Positions 13,117 through 27,590 are shown, numbered from the stretch's first letter. The stretch is DNA of 64,000 nucleotides from Cyanophora paradoxa CCMP329 (GCA_004431415.1 QPMI01000657.1:62001-126000), one strand, 5' to 3'. Made by a program: numbers and translations. The notes: generated by a model not told the origin, from the sequence alone.

Positions 13117-14510
13117 CTAGCGCTTTGCCTTGCGGAGAGGCGCGGCGGCGGCGAGGATGCGCTTGCGGACGCCGAGCTCGGCGACGCCGACCGAGTCGCG
13201 CAGCTCTGCGTCCGACAGGGACGGGAGGAGGACCAGGTCCACGTCGGCGTTCACGAACGCCGGAAGGTACCTGTCGACCCTCGCGTATCGTCCATGTCCA
13301 GGTGTTGCTAAATGGAAAATTTGCGAACCGTTCAGCGTCAGTCTTCTGGAGGAATTCTCGGAGGGGGGCCCACTTGCCGTCTGCGCAGCACGCGGTGTTG
13401 ACGTTGCGTTGCGTTAGATCAAATGTAAAAGTAGATTTAAATGCATATGCATTTACGTGTAGGCATGTTAACTTAAAATCAAAGGTGTGGCGGCCGACGC
13501 CGCGCGCCACCCGGCCCACGAGCCCTGGCATGCATATATATGGCGGCTGGCGGGGTGTCCTAAGGGCGGGTGCCGACGAGGTCCGGCAGGCGTTTATGAG
13601 GTTCCCGCTTCCTGTCAATTGTGATTGCATGCGCAAGAGGGACGACGCGGGGGTTGCAATAAACCGTTTACGTATATACGCTTTCGCAGAATATTGCGGC
13701 ATGCGCACCATTGAGTTCCGCGATGTTCACAGCGGGCCGGGGGATCACGGCAGAGGCGGGGCCTGCCACGACGGGACTATTGCCCACCGCGAAAGCGGCC
13801 TGGGGGATGCTCCACGGTTGCAGCTGCGTAGGGGGCTGCTCCGCGTCTTGGGGCCGGACGCGTTCGGTGGCGCCGGATCCGGATCGGACGAGGTGGCGGG
13901 TCGCATACACAAGGTCGGCCCCGACCGCCAAGGAAGCAACAGCGGAGATGACGCACAGCCCGAACGACGCTCCTGGCGTACGCGTCTTGATGTCGAATCT
14001 CATATAAATTGGGGCTATAATGAGACAGAGAACGACGGAAACGACCGCGGCCGCCTGCATGCCCCACGACACAAAGATAACCATGCGAGCGGAGGCCTTT
14101 GCTGCGATGCGGCTACGCGGGAAGAGCAGAGCTGCCGAGTGGGCGAGCTGGAGAAGCGCCAACGCCGCTGAGAGGACTCCGAAGGCAAGGGCTGCTTCCA
14201 GTGCTGCTGCGACGTGGCATAGAGATGATCCTAGCACGCGGCATCCGTCCGCGTACGAGACCGCAGCTTCAGGCAAGTTGACAGATGCCATATCGGAGCG
14301 TTCGGTGCCAATACGCACAATTCTGGAAAGACCGAATCCGTAACGAAATGAAACTTCCACGTTAACGCGTTCGTTCGCATCGAAATCGTCTCTGTATACA
14401 ATTCTTTTCGCGGAAGCCCATTCGGGCAGGCCGACGGCGATAAGGATCAAGATTACATGCACGAAGCTAAGCGTGACGCGAGCCGCTGCGTGCAGGTCGA
14501 AGGCTGGCAT
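13117..14510 (-). CDS. Four-transmembrane (claudin/PMP22-like) protein with C-terminal SAM domain, multi-exon
   Basis: ORF 13668-14510 has four hydrophobic segments. Downstream exons splice to LREFLQKTDAERYLPAFVNADVDLVLLPSLSDAELRDSVGVAELGVRKRILAA (SAM consensus); stop TAG at 13117-13119. Confidence 0.6.
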
Positions 14511-15839
14511 CCTCGCCGCTGCCTCTTACGTATACGTATACGTTTACCAAATGCAGCGGCGCGCGCCGGCTAAAGCTTGCCGCACTGCGGCAGTGCAATT
14601 GCTATAGCTAGCTATATATAGTGGTTTAATAAATAATGTGTTACTAAAAAGGTTATAGTCCTACAGACTCCTACGTATACTCCGAGGCTCGTACGGCACG
14701 TCCTACGTACGCGTATACATGGGGGAAACGTACAGTCCGTGACAGTACTAGTCCTACATGCTACATAGTAGATTAACCCATGTTCCCCTTGGAAGAAAAT
14801 TCCGTTTAGTACTACGGCAGACTCAAACTGCCAGCATTGAGAGCGGTGCGAACAGTCAAAGTCACTGACTGGACTGTGCTCCATGGGTGGTCCAGCCTGG
14901 GCTGCCAACAGTCGTGCCAGCATGTTTGGTAAGTGGGGAACTTGTGAATCGCAGGCCAGTGGTTGAGTTGTCGCTCTCATTGGTATACTCAATTCGATAT
15001 GCACTTGAAGGCTGCCAGTGCTGCCTTGACTCACTGTGGTCACTGAGACAGGCTCCACATGAGAAGGAAAAGTCACTGAGTGATGTATGACTCTGTGACT
15101 TCTTAAAAAAAGTAGCGGCAGCCGCTGCCCTTGCCAGTGAGCTTGGAAGTATGAAGTGGGAAGATCTGCCACAGAGTGGAGTTTTGTGGCTGAAATTGGG
15201 TATCCGGCAGTTCTGTCAATGGAAAGTCCCTTTTTTTCCTTTTTTCTTCCTGAAGTGCTGTGCCTGTTCAGTGCCGATTCAGAACCTGTGTGATTCTGCG
15301 GAAACAAGAAATAATGAACATGTTCGCATGTTGATCAAAAAGCATATGCCATATTCACACTGCACTGTACAGTGTGATATCAGAACCATCAGAAATGGTT
15401 GGACTTTTAACAAGCAACATACAATAAACAAAACAACATGATAAACACCAACAGAAGAAAAATCAAGTTGGGGGGGGGGTGCGGGGGGGCACAGCCCCCC
15501 CGCCAGAAAATAAGCACGAGAAAGTAATTGTTTCTTTTTTGTCGTTGGGTGACACTTGAACTGGTTTTTACTGACCATGATGTAGTATGTTGGACTGTAA
15601 TTGCTTTTTGTTCGCTGAACTGTATAACTTTGGTGTTGGTCCTTTTTTCGTTTCGAAAAAAAATGTCACGCGAATTCCATAAAAAAAGATTTTCAACAAA
15701 AAAACCACGCGGTTTTGAAAAAAAAGATCCGGAAAAAAAACGTCCTTGACCCATCAGGTTGATGCTGGAAGGGAGGCACACTTGTTACCTGAAAGGTTTT
15801 CCTATCTGCCATCAAGCACTCATCCACAGCTGCTGCAGC

Positions 15840-18800
15840 ATGGGCAGGAAAACTGGCAAGAAGCATTCTGGCACTGCAGCTACCAGTCAGCCTGCAGAAA
15901 CCAGCAATTTAGAGGAAGTTGAAGCTCCAAATGGAGAGGAGGATTCTGGAAGCCCAGTGCAACAGATTGAAGCAGGAGAAGGTGGACAGCAGGTACATTG
16001 TGATGCTGGAGTCTAAGCGCACCTGAAATCCTGACACGCGCAACGAATTTGCTGACACGCGCGCTGTGCTGCGATCAGGTCGCTGCCGGATGTGAAGAAA
16101 TCGCTCAGGTATTTGCTTTTGTTTTATGTTTGGCCAACAAACAAACAAAACAAACTTCTTAATAATCAAACTGAAACCAATGTCTTACTTGCGCCTGTTT
16201 TTGCAGATGGAACGAATGGAATGTCAAGCCAGAGGCACTGCACATGTACATCTTGTTTTGTGGGATTTTCAGAAATATCCCAATCGTTTCTGAGACATTG
16301 AGTAGTATTGATGGTATAACTATGCACAGGAATCTGGAAACAACCATATTTGCAAATTTTGTGGGAAAGGATATCCTACTCCAAATGCTCTGGGAGGTCA
16401 TGTCAATTTTTGTGTCTTGAGGCCGGGAACCGAAAGTGATGTAAGTGACATGTATTTGTGCTTCGAAACAAAAGCATGACAAGTACGACGCAGGCATCAT
16501 TTGTTTGCAAAATTTGCAATGAAACATTTTCAAACCTTGCTGCTCTTGGAGGACATGCCAGTTATTGCTCGGGAAGCAAGAAACGATCAATGACTGTTTC
16601 GTTTGGACCAGGTGATACTAATATGTGCTCAACTTATGTATGCACCTCTTAAAATTGACACGTATTTCCCAGAAAATTCGGTACTTGACAGCCGGGTGTC
16701 TGATTACACGAAATCGTTTGTCGGTGGCGTCACTTTAGGTGGAATTGGTGGTCTTCCTCCTGGAACAGCTCACCCTTATCCATTTGATGCCCCGAGTTCA
16801 TCATCTGGTAAGACATTCATGACTTTTATCAGTTCATATAAGCTTTTTGTATTATCGTACTGACAACTGGTTTCCAAAGGTGGGCTTCAATTTTCACCAG
16901 CACCGACTTATTCATGTGATGCTGCTAAATCATCATCTGGTAAGAAATGCATTGTTCTTATTATTGTAAATGATAGCTGTTAACATGAAAGAGAAGGCAT
17001 TCCTGCAGCAGATGGTCAGGTACCCAAGTACAAGCGGATGCAGTTGACATTTATGAATGGGAGTACAGGCGAGTTGAAGTGCACATCAAGTGACAAAAAA
17101 GGTGTGTTATTCGTTGTCATTTCAGAAGCAAACCTTTTATTCTGATCACTACTTCTTTTAAACAGGTCATGGTCTTTATTCTGGATCTGAAGCTGGATAC
17201 GTTTTCAAAATCCCAGGTGCATAGTTTGGTTGCATATTGGGCAATGAAATACACAACATACTTAATGTTTTCCCAGAAATCCAGCATTTTAGTTCTTCGG
17301 ATACCAGTCACCAAACAAATTCCCCATTCTCAATGGGATCATCTTCAACAAGCACTCCTCCGCCGCAAACTGTGTACACCCCAATCTCAACTCCGACAAA
17401 ATCAATGCCCCAAGTACCACCAACGAATCAGAAGTCTAGTATTGGCACATCAACCTCAAAACGACAACTGTCTTTTGCATCTCCAGTTTCAAATTCGGTA
17501 ATTTGTTTGCTGTTGTTCTCAATAGACTGCTGTTTCTTACATAAATGGAGTACAGATTGGATCTCCGGCTTCAGGCATGCAATCCGATGCTTCTGCATTG
17601 GATGCTCTCCGTAAGGTGCAAATATATATGTAATATGACATGCATTACATAATAAATTCGAAATATTTCTAAATGGCCGATGGTCAGATATCGGCATCCA
17701 AGCTCAATGTTGTGCCAACGTCTCCGAAAGTCATTGAAACACTTCCTGCTAAGGTAAGACGTTTGTCTCATATTACTACACTTATATTACAATGCTAACA
17801 AACATGTTCGGTTTTAGGGCAGTGTCTATGTTTTCTTGGATGAGCAACAACCGCCAGCAGTATTCAACAAGCAATTTTTGTTCGATCTGCAAGAGAATGC
17901 AAGCGATGAGGACTTCACAAATGCCGTCTTCTACATGACGGACCATTGTTACTCGAAGCATCCAACAAAAACTGTTTTTGACAGGCCAGCAAAAAAGGAT
18001 GCCTATTGGACGGAAGAAAAGTGCCAATCGGAATTTCCTTTGATTGGCATTGTTCCCGCAGGTGAAACATTCATAATTGCTTTGTTTTCCAAGAAATGCA
18101 ATTTATACTATCCGAACAATTTTAGATGACCAAGCATCATCAACATTGATCATGACTGGACCAGCTGCCATCTGTGGATGCCACATTCCTGTACTTTTCC
18201 GAGGCAAAGAAGAACCGAGAACGTGGTTAGTATGTGGAAATGCTGCTGGAGCTGCTAAATGCCAGAAATATCTGCAGCCGAGGAAAATTGATTGTGCCGA
18301 TGCACGAGTATGCTTATTTCATCACTGATTTGTATTTGTCCAACTCTGATGTCCAAACGGCAGACTCGTAACATCCTTCTTTCAGGAAAGTATGCTCAGT
18401 ACTTTCCTAAAAGCAAAGCTGACATGCAGAAGAATTCATACTCACTTTTTGCGGTCAGTAAAAGTTGACTTCATTTGCTTTCTCAAATAAATATTTACAG
18501 AAACATACAGGCTGTTTTGCCTTTTGACGATGAACAGTACAAAGGGAAATGGAGACCGCTTATTCTTCCATCGGTTGAAGTACCGCACCTGGAAAAACAG
18601 CAAAATGATCATGAAGATCTTTTGGGGATTTCATCGTCTCTGTTACCTGCTACTTCTCCTTCAGTTACATCAAGTCTGCAGCCACCATCTGGTACTAGGT
18701 CATCCACTACTTCTTCTTTGGGTGCATCTATCAATCCAAATGATGTTGATATGGTACCTGTTTTCCAATAATCGAATAATTATATGTTTGGAAACCGTAT

Positions 18801-19350
18801 TAACAAACTGTGCTTGCAGACAACTCCACTGCTTTTTGCTTTCCAGAAAATTGGAGACAATATTTTGCACGTCTACCAAGTCGAAAATGCTCTTACAGGT
18901 GAACATATTTTTGAACCTTTGTCTTTTATCTGATTAAACTGTTAATGTTACTTACTTTGCATTCCAGATGCAATGCTAAATTCCGCATTTGCTTCTGGAG
19001 CTGCATGTGTTGCTTACCTTGGAGATGAAGTTCAGCTATATTTGAAAACTGGCCAATTTTACGCTCCTACATCAACTTCCCAGCTTCCGGTGACTATTGC
19101 TTTGTAGAGCATCAAGATTCATGCGCGTAACCAAACTCAATTCAGGCATGTAAAAGTGTTTGCTTCCGCTCAATAGAAAATCAAGATTCCCACATATCTG
19201 TTTCTCTTCCAGATGTAAAACAGGTAACTGGTTTTGTTTTGTTGGTTTTGTAAACTTATATCCACTTTTCAGATTGAGCATGTTCTCACTGAAATTTACG
19301 AGCAAAGCAACACTCAAATGAAAGAATGCCGCTCATATCCACTGCAATCT
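15840..19350 (+). CDS. Multi-exon zinc-finger protein (C2H2 plus Cys-rich), Helitron-associated
   Basis: Starts MGRKTGKKHSG; C2H2-like FVCKICNETFSNLAALGGHASYC; ICGCH...WLVCGNAAGAAKC; many 45-60 nt introns. Confidence 0.5.
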
Positions 19351-19395
19351 TCAAGTTTGGTGCGCATTGCTATGATTTTACCGGTAGACAAGTGA

Positions 19396-20106
19396 CTAGT
19401 AGAAATAAGTGTAGATCATCGAGAAAAGAGTATAATTGACACCTTTTCCGACAATTTCCGGACACAAATAATAATAAAAACACTTCCGGTAGGCGATATT
19501 TGTTTTACTATGTGTAGTGACCCAACCCGATACCGCTGGTTAGATTTTGTCATCGAACGCAAACACCCTGTAGATGTTTTCCAATCCTATGTAGATGGTA
19601 GGTTATATTCTCAATTGCGTAGGCTTTATACATTGCCAGCTCGGTTTCTGTTTCTTATTGGACCAGAAAGTAGCCTCATACACAAACCCGAATATCATCA
19701 AACCTTGCGTATAATCAACGAGATAGGAGTGGTTTTCACTGTTCCCTGTGCATTTGCAAACACAGTTTCTGACATCGAACAATTGTGTGTGAGATTGAGG
19801 TCAGTAATGTTATATCCTACATCATGTAGATTGAGATACCAACTTCCCTATAAGTGTCTTCAACAATTGAGCACCATAGATGCAAGAGAATTCAGTGAAG
19901 ATCAACAACTTTTACGTAGCATTCTATATCAACTTCCACAGATAGGAGAGAAAACTTCAACGTGTATTGCTAAAAGCTTTTCCAACGTAGGATCTTTTGT
20001 TCATTTTCTCCAGCATGCGAATGAGGAAAGCATCAAAAAATTTGTAGATCAGGCTCGATTAAAAACTAAAACATTTTACCGCGTCAAAAGCTTTTTTATA
20101 GCGTGA
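19396..20106 (+). CDS. ERCC4 (XPF/Mus81-family) nuclease with HhH tail
   Basis: In-frame ISVDHREK, KTLPVGDI, VIERKHPVDVFQSYVDGRLYSQLRRL and LPQIGEKTS. A TGA at 19393 precedes it, so the 5' end is spliced or mutated. Confidence 0.75.
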   Translation, partial: LVEISVDHREKSIIDTFSDNFRTQIIIKTLPVGDICFTMCSDPTRYRWLDFVIERKHPVDVFQSYVDGRLYSQLRRLYTLPARFLFLIGPESSLIHKPEYHQTLRIINEIGVVFTVPCAFANTVSDIEQLCVRLRSVMLYPTSCRLRYQLPYKCLQQLSTIDAREFSEDQQLLRSILYQLPQIGEKTSTCIAKSFSNVGSFVHFLQHANEESIKKFVDQARLKTKTFYRVKSFFIA

Positions 20107-20329
20107 TTATCTTACGTACTCTCAGGTTGTATTTGCCAAACATCTTCTTCTTCTATACTTCTTGTGTCTCTTCTGTTTTGCAAATGCATCTGGGGAATCA
20201 AATGTGCGCAATACACTTGTTTTACAAACATAGCAATACATTTGCTAAATTTAAATCCAGATATACCAAATGCCGTCCGACTATCTCGTAAATTTGCAGC
20301 TGGCATGTCAAATTTGCCATTTAATAACA

Positions 20330-23300
20330 AATTATGCTGGTAAACTGTCAGCTTTCGTTCCTTCTTGTCATCACAACCTCAAACAATTTTCTTGGGCTTG
20401 TTTATTGTGTCCAAAACAGGTATGATGCATTTATCGAACTTGCTTTCCAAATACTCACTATTAAAATTTGTCTCAGAAATTTCAATCATTTGCTTTTCAT
20501 CAAACACGAATCAATAACCACTTCAAGTCGGTCCACGAGGACAACTTCTCATTCGTCCAAGCAGGACAAGAACATGGTTCTTGTCCTCACACTGATCCAA
20601 CCAATATGGAATGCTTGTTCATATGCTGTGCGTCATGCTTCACGAAACATCAAACAAGCTACAATGTCTTTCATACATGGTCAAGCCTTCCATGTGGACA
20701 TGATAGAGAAATGTCTATATGGTCTTGTTCAATTTGCAAGGTAAATAAACTTTCGGGTTTCGTGATTTTTCAACTCATTTGATTTCTGCAAAGTCCCAGT
20801 ATGCTACAACGAACAAGTTTAAGATTGCCAATCATTTATCTAATACTTCTCACTTGCATCAACTACATCTTGTTGCTGGAGCACCGTTACCACATTTGTC
20901 TACCCCAGCTGGGATTGACAAACCTCTCCCACCTTGTCCCCAGGAATGTCACTCCTTCTTTCCATTATGGCATTTACACCCAATGCTATTCTCCCAAACT
21001 CTACAGCACCCACTGCCTGGAAGGCAAGGCAAAGCAGCGTACTGTGCCATTCCAGGATGTGTACTTCCTACTTCACTTTGTCCAACAACTTATGATCTCT
21101 GGCCTCCTTATGCCATGTCGCATTGCTGGTCATTCCATTCGCGTCAGATGCACCGTCTACAAAAAGTAACATTTGCTACCTATTACATGAACAGCGATGA
21201 ATCGAATCACATGTGGTGCGACGGCAACGGAGCACCTGAAGTTCGCGCTGCACGAGAAACCTGGAAACTACGTTTCTGGGAAAAGCTCAATCTTCGACCC
21301 CTTCTTCATTGTCACTACGATGGAAAAATGATGTATCCTTCAGAAATCAATTTTGCGTCCCCCGACAAGTTCTCCGATTTTCACAATACCGTCGTTCAAG
21401 CTCCAGGTTTTCTTCTGAACTTTTCCGATACATTTTACAGCTGATTCACTATTGTCGTGCTTCGCGAAGGATCTATTGCTGGTTTTGTTTGCGGCCGATG
21501 CTACAATTATATCAAGAAGAACGAGCTACAATTTTTCAAACCTCTCGAAATTCCATGGGATTATGGGCAACTTCCCGAGTGCATTTCAAGTATGTGTACT
21601 TCTGATACACCCTGTACTAGTTTTGACAAATTATTCTTACTTTATCTCTGTACAGAGCTCAATTTCATTGAACGGTCATACTTGGGAGACGTTCAATTCA
21701 TCAACAAACTCAAGCACAAGGATTGCTTGGGCAATACTTTTGCTTATGCTCACCAAACTGGATTTGGGTTTCCTTCGCTTCGATGTGGTCAGTACGATGG
21801 CCTTACCGGAATTCCCATAATCAGCTCAACGTTGGCATCAAAATATCCTATTCGTCCGGATGCTATTGCAGAAGCTCGTCAAGTTCTTCACAATGTAAGA
21901 TCATCATCTCTTGTGATTCAAGATCTTCTTGCTCGTACTTCTCTTCATTCTCAACCTAAAACGGTTGAAACTGTCATGCAAGAGTACTATAATTGCAATT
22001 CAAGAACATTCAATCAGGTCAGTATGTTAACTCATGAACAATATTCCTTTCTCATCGACTAAATTTCTTTTTTGTAGTCCGACAAGCGTGATATGAAAGT
22101 TATCACTTTAACTTTGTCTTCTGGTCGAACAGTCAGTGTATCAGTTCCTTTAGTGACACCCACTACACCTCTTCATGAATTACCAAAAAATCACGTCATT
22201 GTTCCTTCAGAATATATAACCAATGCTGAGGAATGTGGATTGTTATCGACATCTGCACCATACCATCCTGAAATTGGGGATTTGGACGGACGGTACCCAC
22301 GTGATGTCCTACTTGCATTCGAACAGCGAAATGGTATTCCTTTGCAATATCGAGACCTTGGCCGGTTGGAGTACGAAATATTTCCATACTTATTCTTCAA
22401 TGGACTTGGTATTTACAATGGAACGACAACGTTCCGTGAACATCTTAAAATTCTCTTGCTTGGCTTTGAAAGCCGATTTCGTAATTGCTTCCAGTTCATT
22501 GGTACTGGAAGCTCAATTCTAGACGAACAAGTAAGTGTTTTTTGTTTTCGACATCGTGAAACAAACGTAATTTTTCCGTTCCATCAGAAACTTTGGGGTA
22601 TGCCAATGAGAAAAGTACTGTCAGCTTTTCAGCTTGGAGACAAGAACACACTGGTAAACTCAACTACATTCATAAACCAATCTTTAACAGGTGACGTTCG
22701 TTACAAACAAGGCCCATCAATTTCAATTTCTGCACCAGCTCGTGGAAGTGTACAGCAGAAACTCAGCCACCGATATGATATCTACGCAATTGTTCGAGAA
22801 CATGGACCCCCTCGCTACTTCTTTACCTACTCGTTGAGTCACATATGGCAATTTTGGAAGAACTTGACAAAAGAAGAACTTCGATTTCGCCCTGTGGAAA
22901 CGATAGAAGGCTTTCGTCACTTCCAAAAATACATTCAAGAAGGACTTTTCGGAAGCAAGCATGCTGTTTTCCGGAATTTCAGCCATTACTACATGATTAC
23001 AGAGTACCAGAAACGTGGTTTGCCTCACATTCACATGCTGATTTGGATGAAGCCAGGTACATTTTAACATCAATACATATTTGAAAAAGTTCTCATCCTA
23101 TACATACTCTCATTACAGGATCTCCATCTGTACCTATTACAGCATGTATGGATGACTTTACCGAACGAGTACGTGAACGTGTTATTCGACGATTCAACAT
23201 ACATGTCTGCAATCCCCAATACTGTCAAGAAAAAGGTTCAGAAGTAGTTTTTCAAGGAAGGTTACATTTTGTGCTTATTGTTTATCTCAAGGTCAATGCC

Positions 23301-26300
23301 GCTTCCATTATCCCCAAGATTTGCACATTCATGGAAAAGACTGCTCGGATCCAGCAAACTGTTGCATTCCGGAACGACGCACAGAGATCGACCGCTACGT
23401 TGTGCCTACAAATAATGATCTTGCAGCATTTATTCCTTCGAACCAGTGCCTTATTGACCTTGGACTGGATGTTGCCAAAGCAATGGAATTCGTCTACAAG
23501 TATCTGTCCAAGTACGTATCAAAGCCAGAACCATCTGAAAATAACGACATGACTAAAGACTTTATGTCATCACTTCACGAGGCTATCACCGGAACAGATG
23601 ACAAAGAGGTCTGTCGTCTATACGTATGCAATTTCATTTCAATCTTCTCATCATAAACAGAATGATACACAAGTTCATCCAAAATCAAATACCACTGAAT
23701 CCAATCAATCAGATGAAGCGTGTAAAGAGGTGCCATGTTTTTGTTTTCGGCGACAAATCGTTCGTTGTTAACATTTCATGAAACCAGGACTACGCCGTGA
23801 AATTTAATACAAAAGCACGAAATGAAGTCCGACATCGCATTCAAGGGACTCCAGAAATGGTCACTAATATTCTCAGCAGACGGACGCGGAAATCTACTGA
23901 TGCAGTTCGCTACATTGAAGTAGCGCCTCCTGGCCAACGAAATCGATTTCTACAAACTATCAAGACTATGCAAGAACGATTTCAGTTGGAGGACAATCCA
24001 GTTCTCACGGCCGAGGACATCATGATTGTAACCAAATGGGATAATTATCTAAAACGAGATGCTCAGTACAAGTCCTATCGTTACAGTGAGTTCTGGTCCA
24101 AATTCGACAAAGTAAAAGAGGAGTACCGGCCAAGATCGAAGCCAATCATTGTCAGAACCCACATTCCTAACATTCATCACAAACGCGAGAACTACTTCTA
24201 TTTACTTTTGGTGTCATTGTTTCATTGGGAAACCGACCTTATTAACACTACGGTATGATTGTTTTTAAAACAAACAATGCATTCTCTCTGAAATTGTTGT
24301 GCAGGGCAAAACAGATTTTTATGAAAACCTTTTCACTACTCTCATGACTTCGACTTCCAAACTGCAAACATTAGCACATGATATAGTCACAAGTGCAACA
24401 CAACGTCATCTTGACACTCATATCACCAAACCTGAAATTGACCAAAACTTATTTGCTCACGGACAATTGAAACTTGATTTTCAAGACAACGACATTCCGT
24501 ATTATTTCAACCATCAATCAATTGAAGAAACACTGCAAGAAATTCATGATACCATCTCAGCTGGCAAGGTTTCATCACAATATATTGAACAAGCTCTGAG
24601 TGAAATAGAACACATTCAAGAACAAGCAAAACAGACAATTGATGAAATCAATTACATTTCCTCTTCCCTCTCCAGACAACCAGACAATGTAGAGCTGCAT
24701 CCAATGGAAGACATGATTGTGGACCCGACTTCTTCGGCTGAAACTACTGATAAAAAACAAACAAAGCGACGATCGAGCTACAAGCCACGAACGAACCGTG
24801 CAAAAAGACATAGAACTTCTTCTTCTGAAACGGGTGTTCCAGCATCCAGCGCGGATTTCCAGGGTAAACATATCTTGTATTGTTTGTTTCGAACTCTAAT
24901 ATTTCATTCAGATGGGAATGACAACGACGATGCTGCAAATTTTGAATGGACAGAAAAATTATCTTCAGTACAGTGGAACTCGGAGCAAGAACAGTTCTTC
25001 AATGCTATTTCATCCACTTCGCACAATTTATACTTAAACGGCAAAGCTGGAACTGGAAAATCTTTCACGCTTTTACAGAGCATTCGAACTCTACGAACTA
25101 CAGGAAAACATGTCCGTTGCGGAGCCTGGACACAAAATGCTTCACAGCGGATTCACGGCTACACAATAGCATCGTTGACTGGTGTTTATCTGGAGAGCGA
25201 GAGCATTGAAACAATTGTCAACCGAATTAAAAATAACCGATCCTTATTGAACTTCTGGCAAGATACCGACGTTCTCTGCATTGATGAGATATCAACATTA
25301 CACGCAAACATCTTTGTTGTGCTGGATACACTCGGAAGAATTTTTCGATCGAACAATACACCTTTCGGCGGAATTCGAATAATTGTTGCAGGCGATTTCT
25401 GTCAGCTTCCACCTGTCCAGACAAGATCGCCCGTGCCATTCCCGGCAGGCATTCCATCAGCTCAATTGAAGGAGTGTGTCTACGCTTTCACAACACAAAC
25501 CTGGGCAATGTGTGAATTCAGAGTCCACGAGCTTTCACTTGTTTACAGACAAATTAAAGATCCGAATTTTATTGATATTTTAAACGAGCTCCGACTTGGT
25601 CAGTGAAAACCAATTTCATTGATCACATGCAATCATGAACACTGCTCTAATCGTTATTTCTCAGGTCAATTACTTTCTCAGCGTACACAGGACTTCATTA
25701 TATCAAGATTGGTTTTTGTGCCTGCAAACAGGCAGTACGAGCTTGTTGATTTGAATGGGAGGCGAAGTGGAGTTGATCACATCAATATGAAACGTCTGGC
25801 TTCTCATCCAGGTCAATCAGCCACTTTCTGTTCATTTGACGACAATCCATTCAACGGAACACAAATTGCATCCACGGGTCTACTTCCATCTCTTACACTG
25901 AAACAGAACGTGCCTATTGTCTTATTAAAAAACACCCGGCAACCGCAAGTGTTCAACAGTGCTATAGCAACGTTCCTGTACTACGACTCCACAGCTCTGT
26001 TGTCAGATGATGATATCTATCCTGTTCACAACCGTGTCTCACGAGCGTCTTTGCCCGAACATTTAAAAGGCGTCCTTGTTGTTAGGGTGCATCATATTTT
26101 TGATTTCCTATTCCTGACTTACTTACTAATTGCAACGCTAAATCAAAAGATGCACGAGAGCAAAGCTATTGTTCGCCTTCCAGCCTACACAGCAATAACG
26201 ACCAAATATAATCCTAATGTTCAAGATATGTGCAAGATTTCCCGAGTGCAATACCCCATTCAACTTGCATGGGCTGCAACAATACATCGCTTGCAAGGAA

Positions 26301-27590
26301 TAAAAGTAAATGCTCTTCGTACAGCTGTCGGTCGATCTACAAACTGGGACGCTGGAATGTTCTACACTGTTTTCTCACGTGTCGAGTGCGGTGACGATCT
26401 CTATATTCCCATTCCCCAACCTGCAAGACGCCAGAAATTCATTGACAGCCTCAAGTCCTTCGTACCATTTACTCATCCTCTCGTGAAAGTGGCTCTACAA
26501 ATTTTCTCCGAATGTGCAGCAAGCAACAATCCTTGCCCACACATACCCACAAACACGACCACCTCTGGCAATGCAAGTACAGTGTTTTTGAGTGGAGAAT
26601 CTCCATGGACGGATCAAGCACTCCAACAGAGATATATGTGGTTCCAAAACAGCTGCTATTTCGATTGCTTCCTAATTTGCTTTGAGGCGTTATTCCACGC
26701 TTCTTCAATTCTCGCTCCAGCTTCTCAAATGAACAATCTCACTGCTTCTGAACGGCTTCTTCTGTCTCTGTTTCGTCAACTTCCACTGGGTACTTTATCG
26801 GCACAAATGATGAACCAAGCTCGAGATTCTCTGAGACAAAACTTGGTCGATATCGCACACCAAAGGTTTCCCCGATCAACTCTCACTACAACATGTACCT
26901 ACAGTGTTCTTGACACCATCAGTCTTGCTGTATTTCTTTTTCCGAACCTTCATCCTTTCTTTTCTATGAAGCGACAAATTACATCCTCTTGCCCAACCTG
27001 CGACATCAGCGTGAATTCTGCTGAGCCCGTAAGGCCATACTTGTCTCTCACTCCCTCAACAAATAACTCTTTGGAAACTCCCTGGAATATTCAAGAGCAA
27101 CTTCTCAAAATCTACTCAGGACAAGTACACACACACATTTTCGCCAACAACTGTAATAGCTGCAATGCTCCATATATACCAAATGCATCCATTCTTCGCT
27201 GGCCTCAAATGTTAATACTGGACATAGGAGTGCCTTCTGCGCCGTGTCGGTTGCAGCGGCTGCCACTACTTTTTCAAGTACGTTAATTTGCTTCATAAGT
27301 GCATTCAATTTCGCAGTGTTCTTACGTCAATGGTACTTCAGATTCCAAATGTGGGAATCTACAAACTTGTAGCTGTTATTCAAGCTTTACCCAACCACTT
27401 CAGTGCTCTCATCAAACTATCCTATCAGCACCACAGGAATTTTATTTATAAATACGACGATTTGAGATCAGGCACAGATGGATGCTTAGTTCCCATTTCT
27501 CCAGAATTTGATTCAGTACCAGCAAACGCCTTCAACAGTACCCTGACTCATATACTATTCTTTTCTTTGGAAACAGTATCTTCAGGATGA
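20330..27590 (+). CDS. Helitron RepHel: HUH Rep + PIF1 helicase + C-terminal USP-like cysteine protease, multi-exon (start approximate)
   Basis: Rep motifs PRYFFTYS, EYQKRGLPHIHMLIW, YLSKYVSKPE. PIF1 motifs GKAGTGKS, IDEIS, PFGGIRIIVAGDFCQLPPV, VYRQ, QYPIQLAWAATIHRLQG. Protease-like WFQNSCYFD ... YKLVAVIQALPNHF ... YDDL. Confidence 0.85.

Noticed and set aside
15127-15138. 12-bp inverted match to 60835-60846 as Helentron subterminal repeats
   Set aside because: TGCCAGT-like words are frequent in these regions, so the match could be chance.
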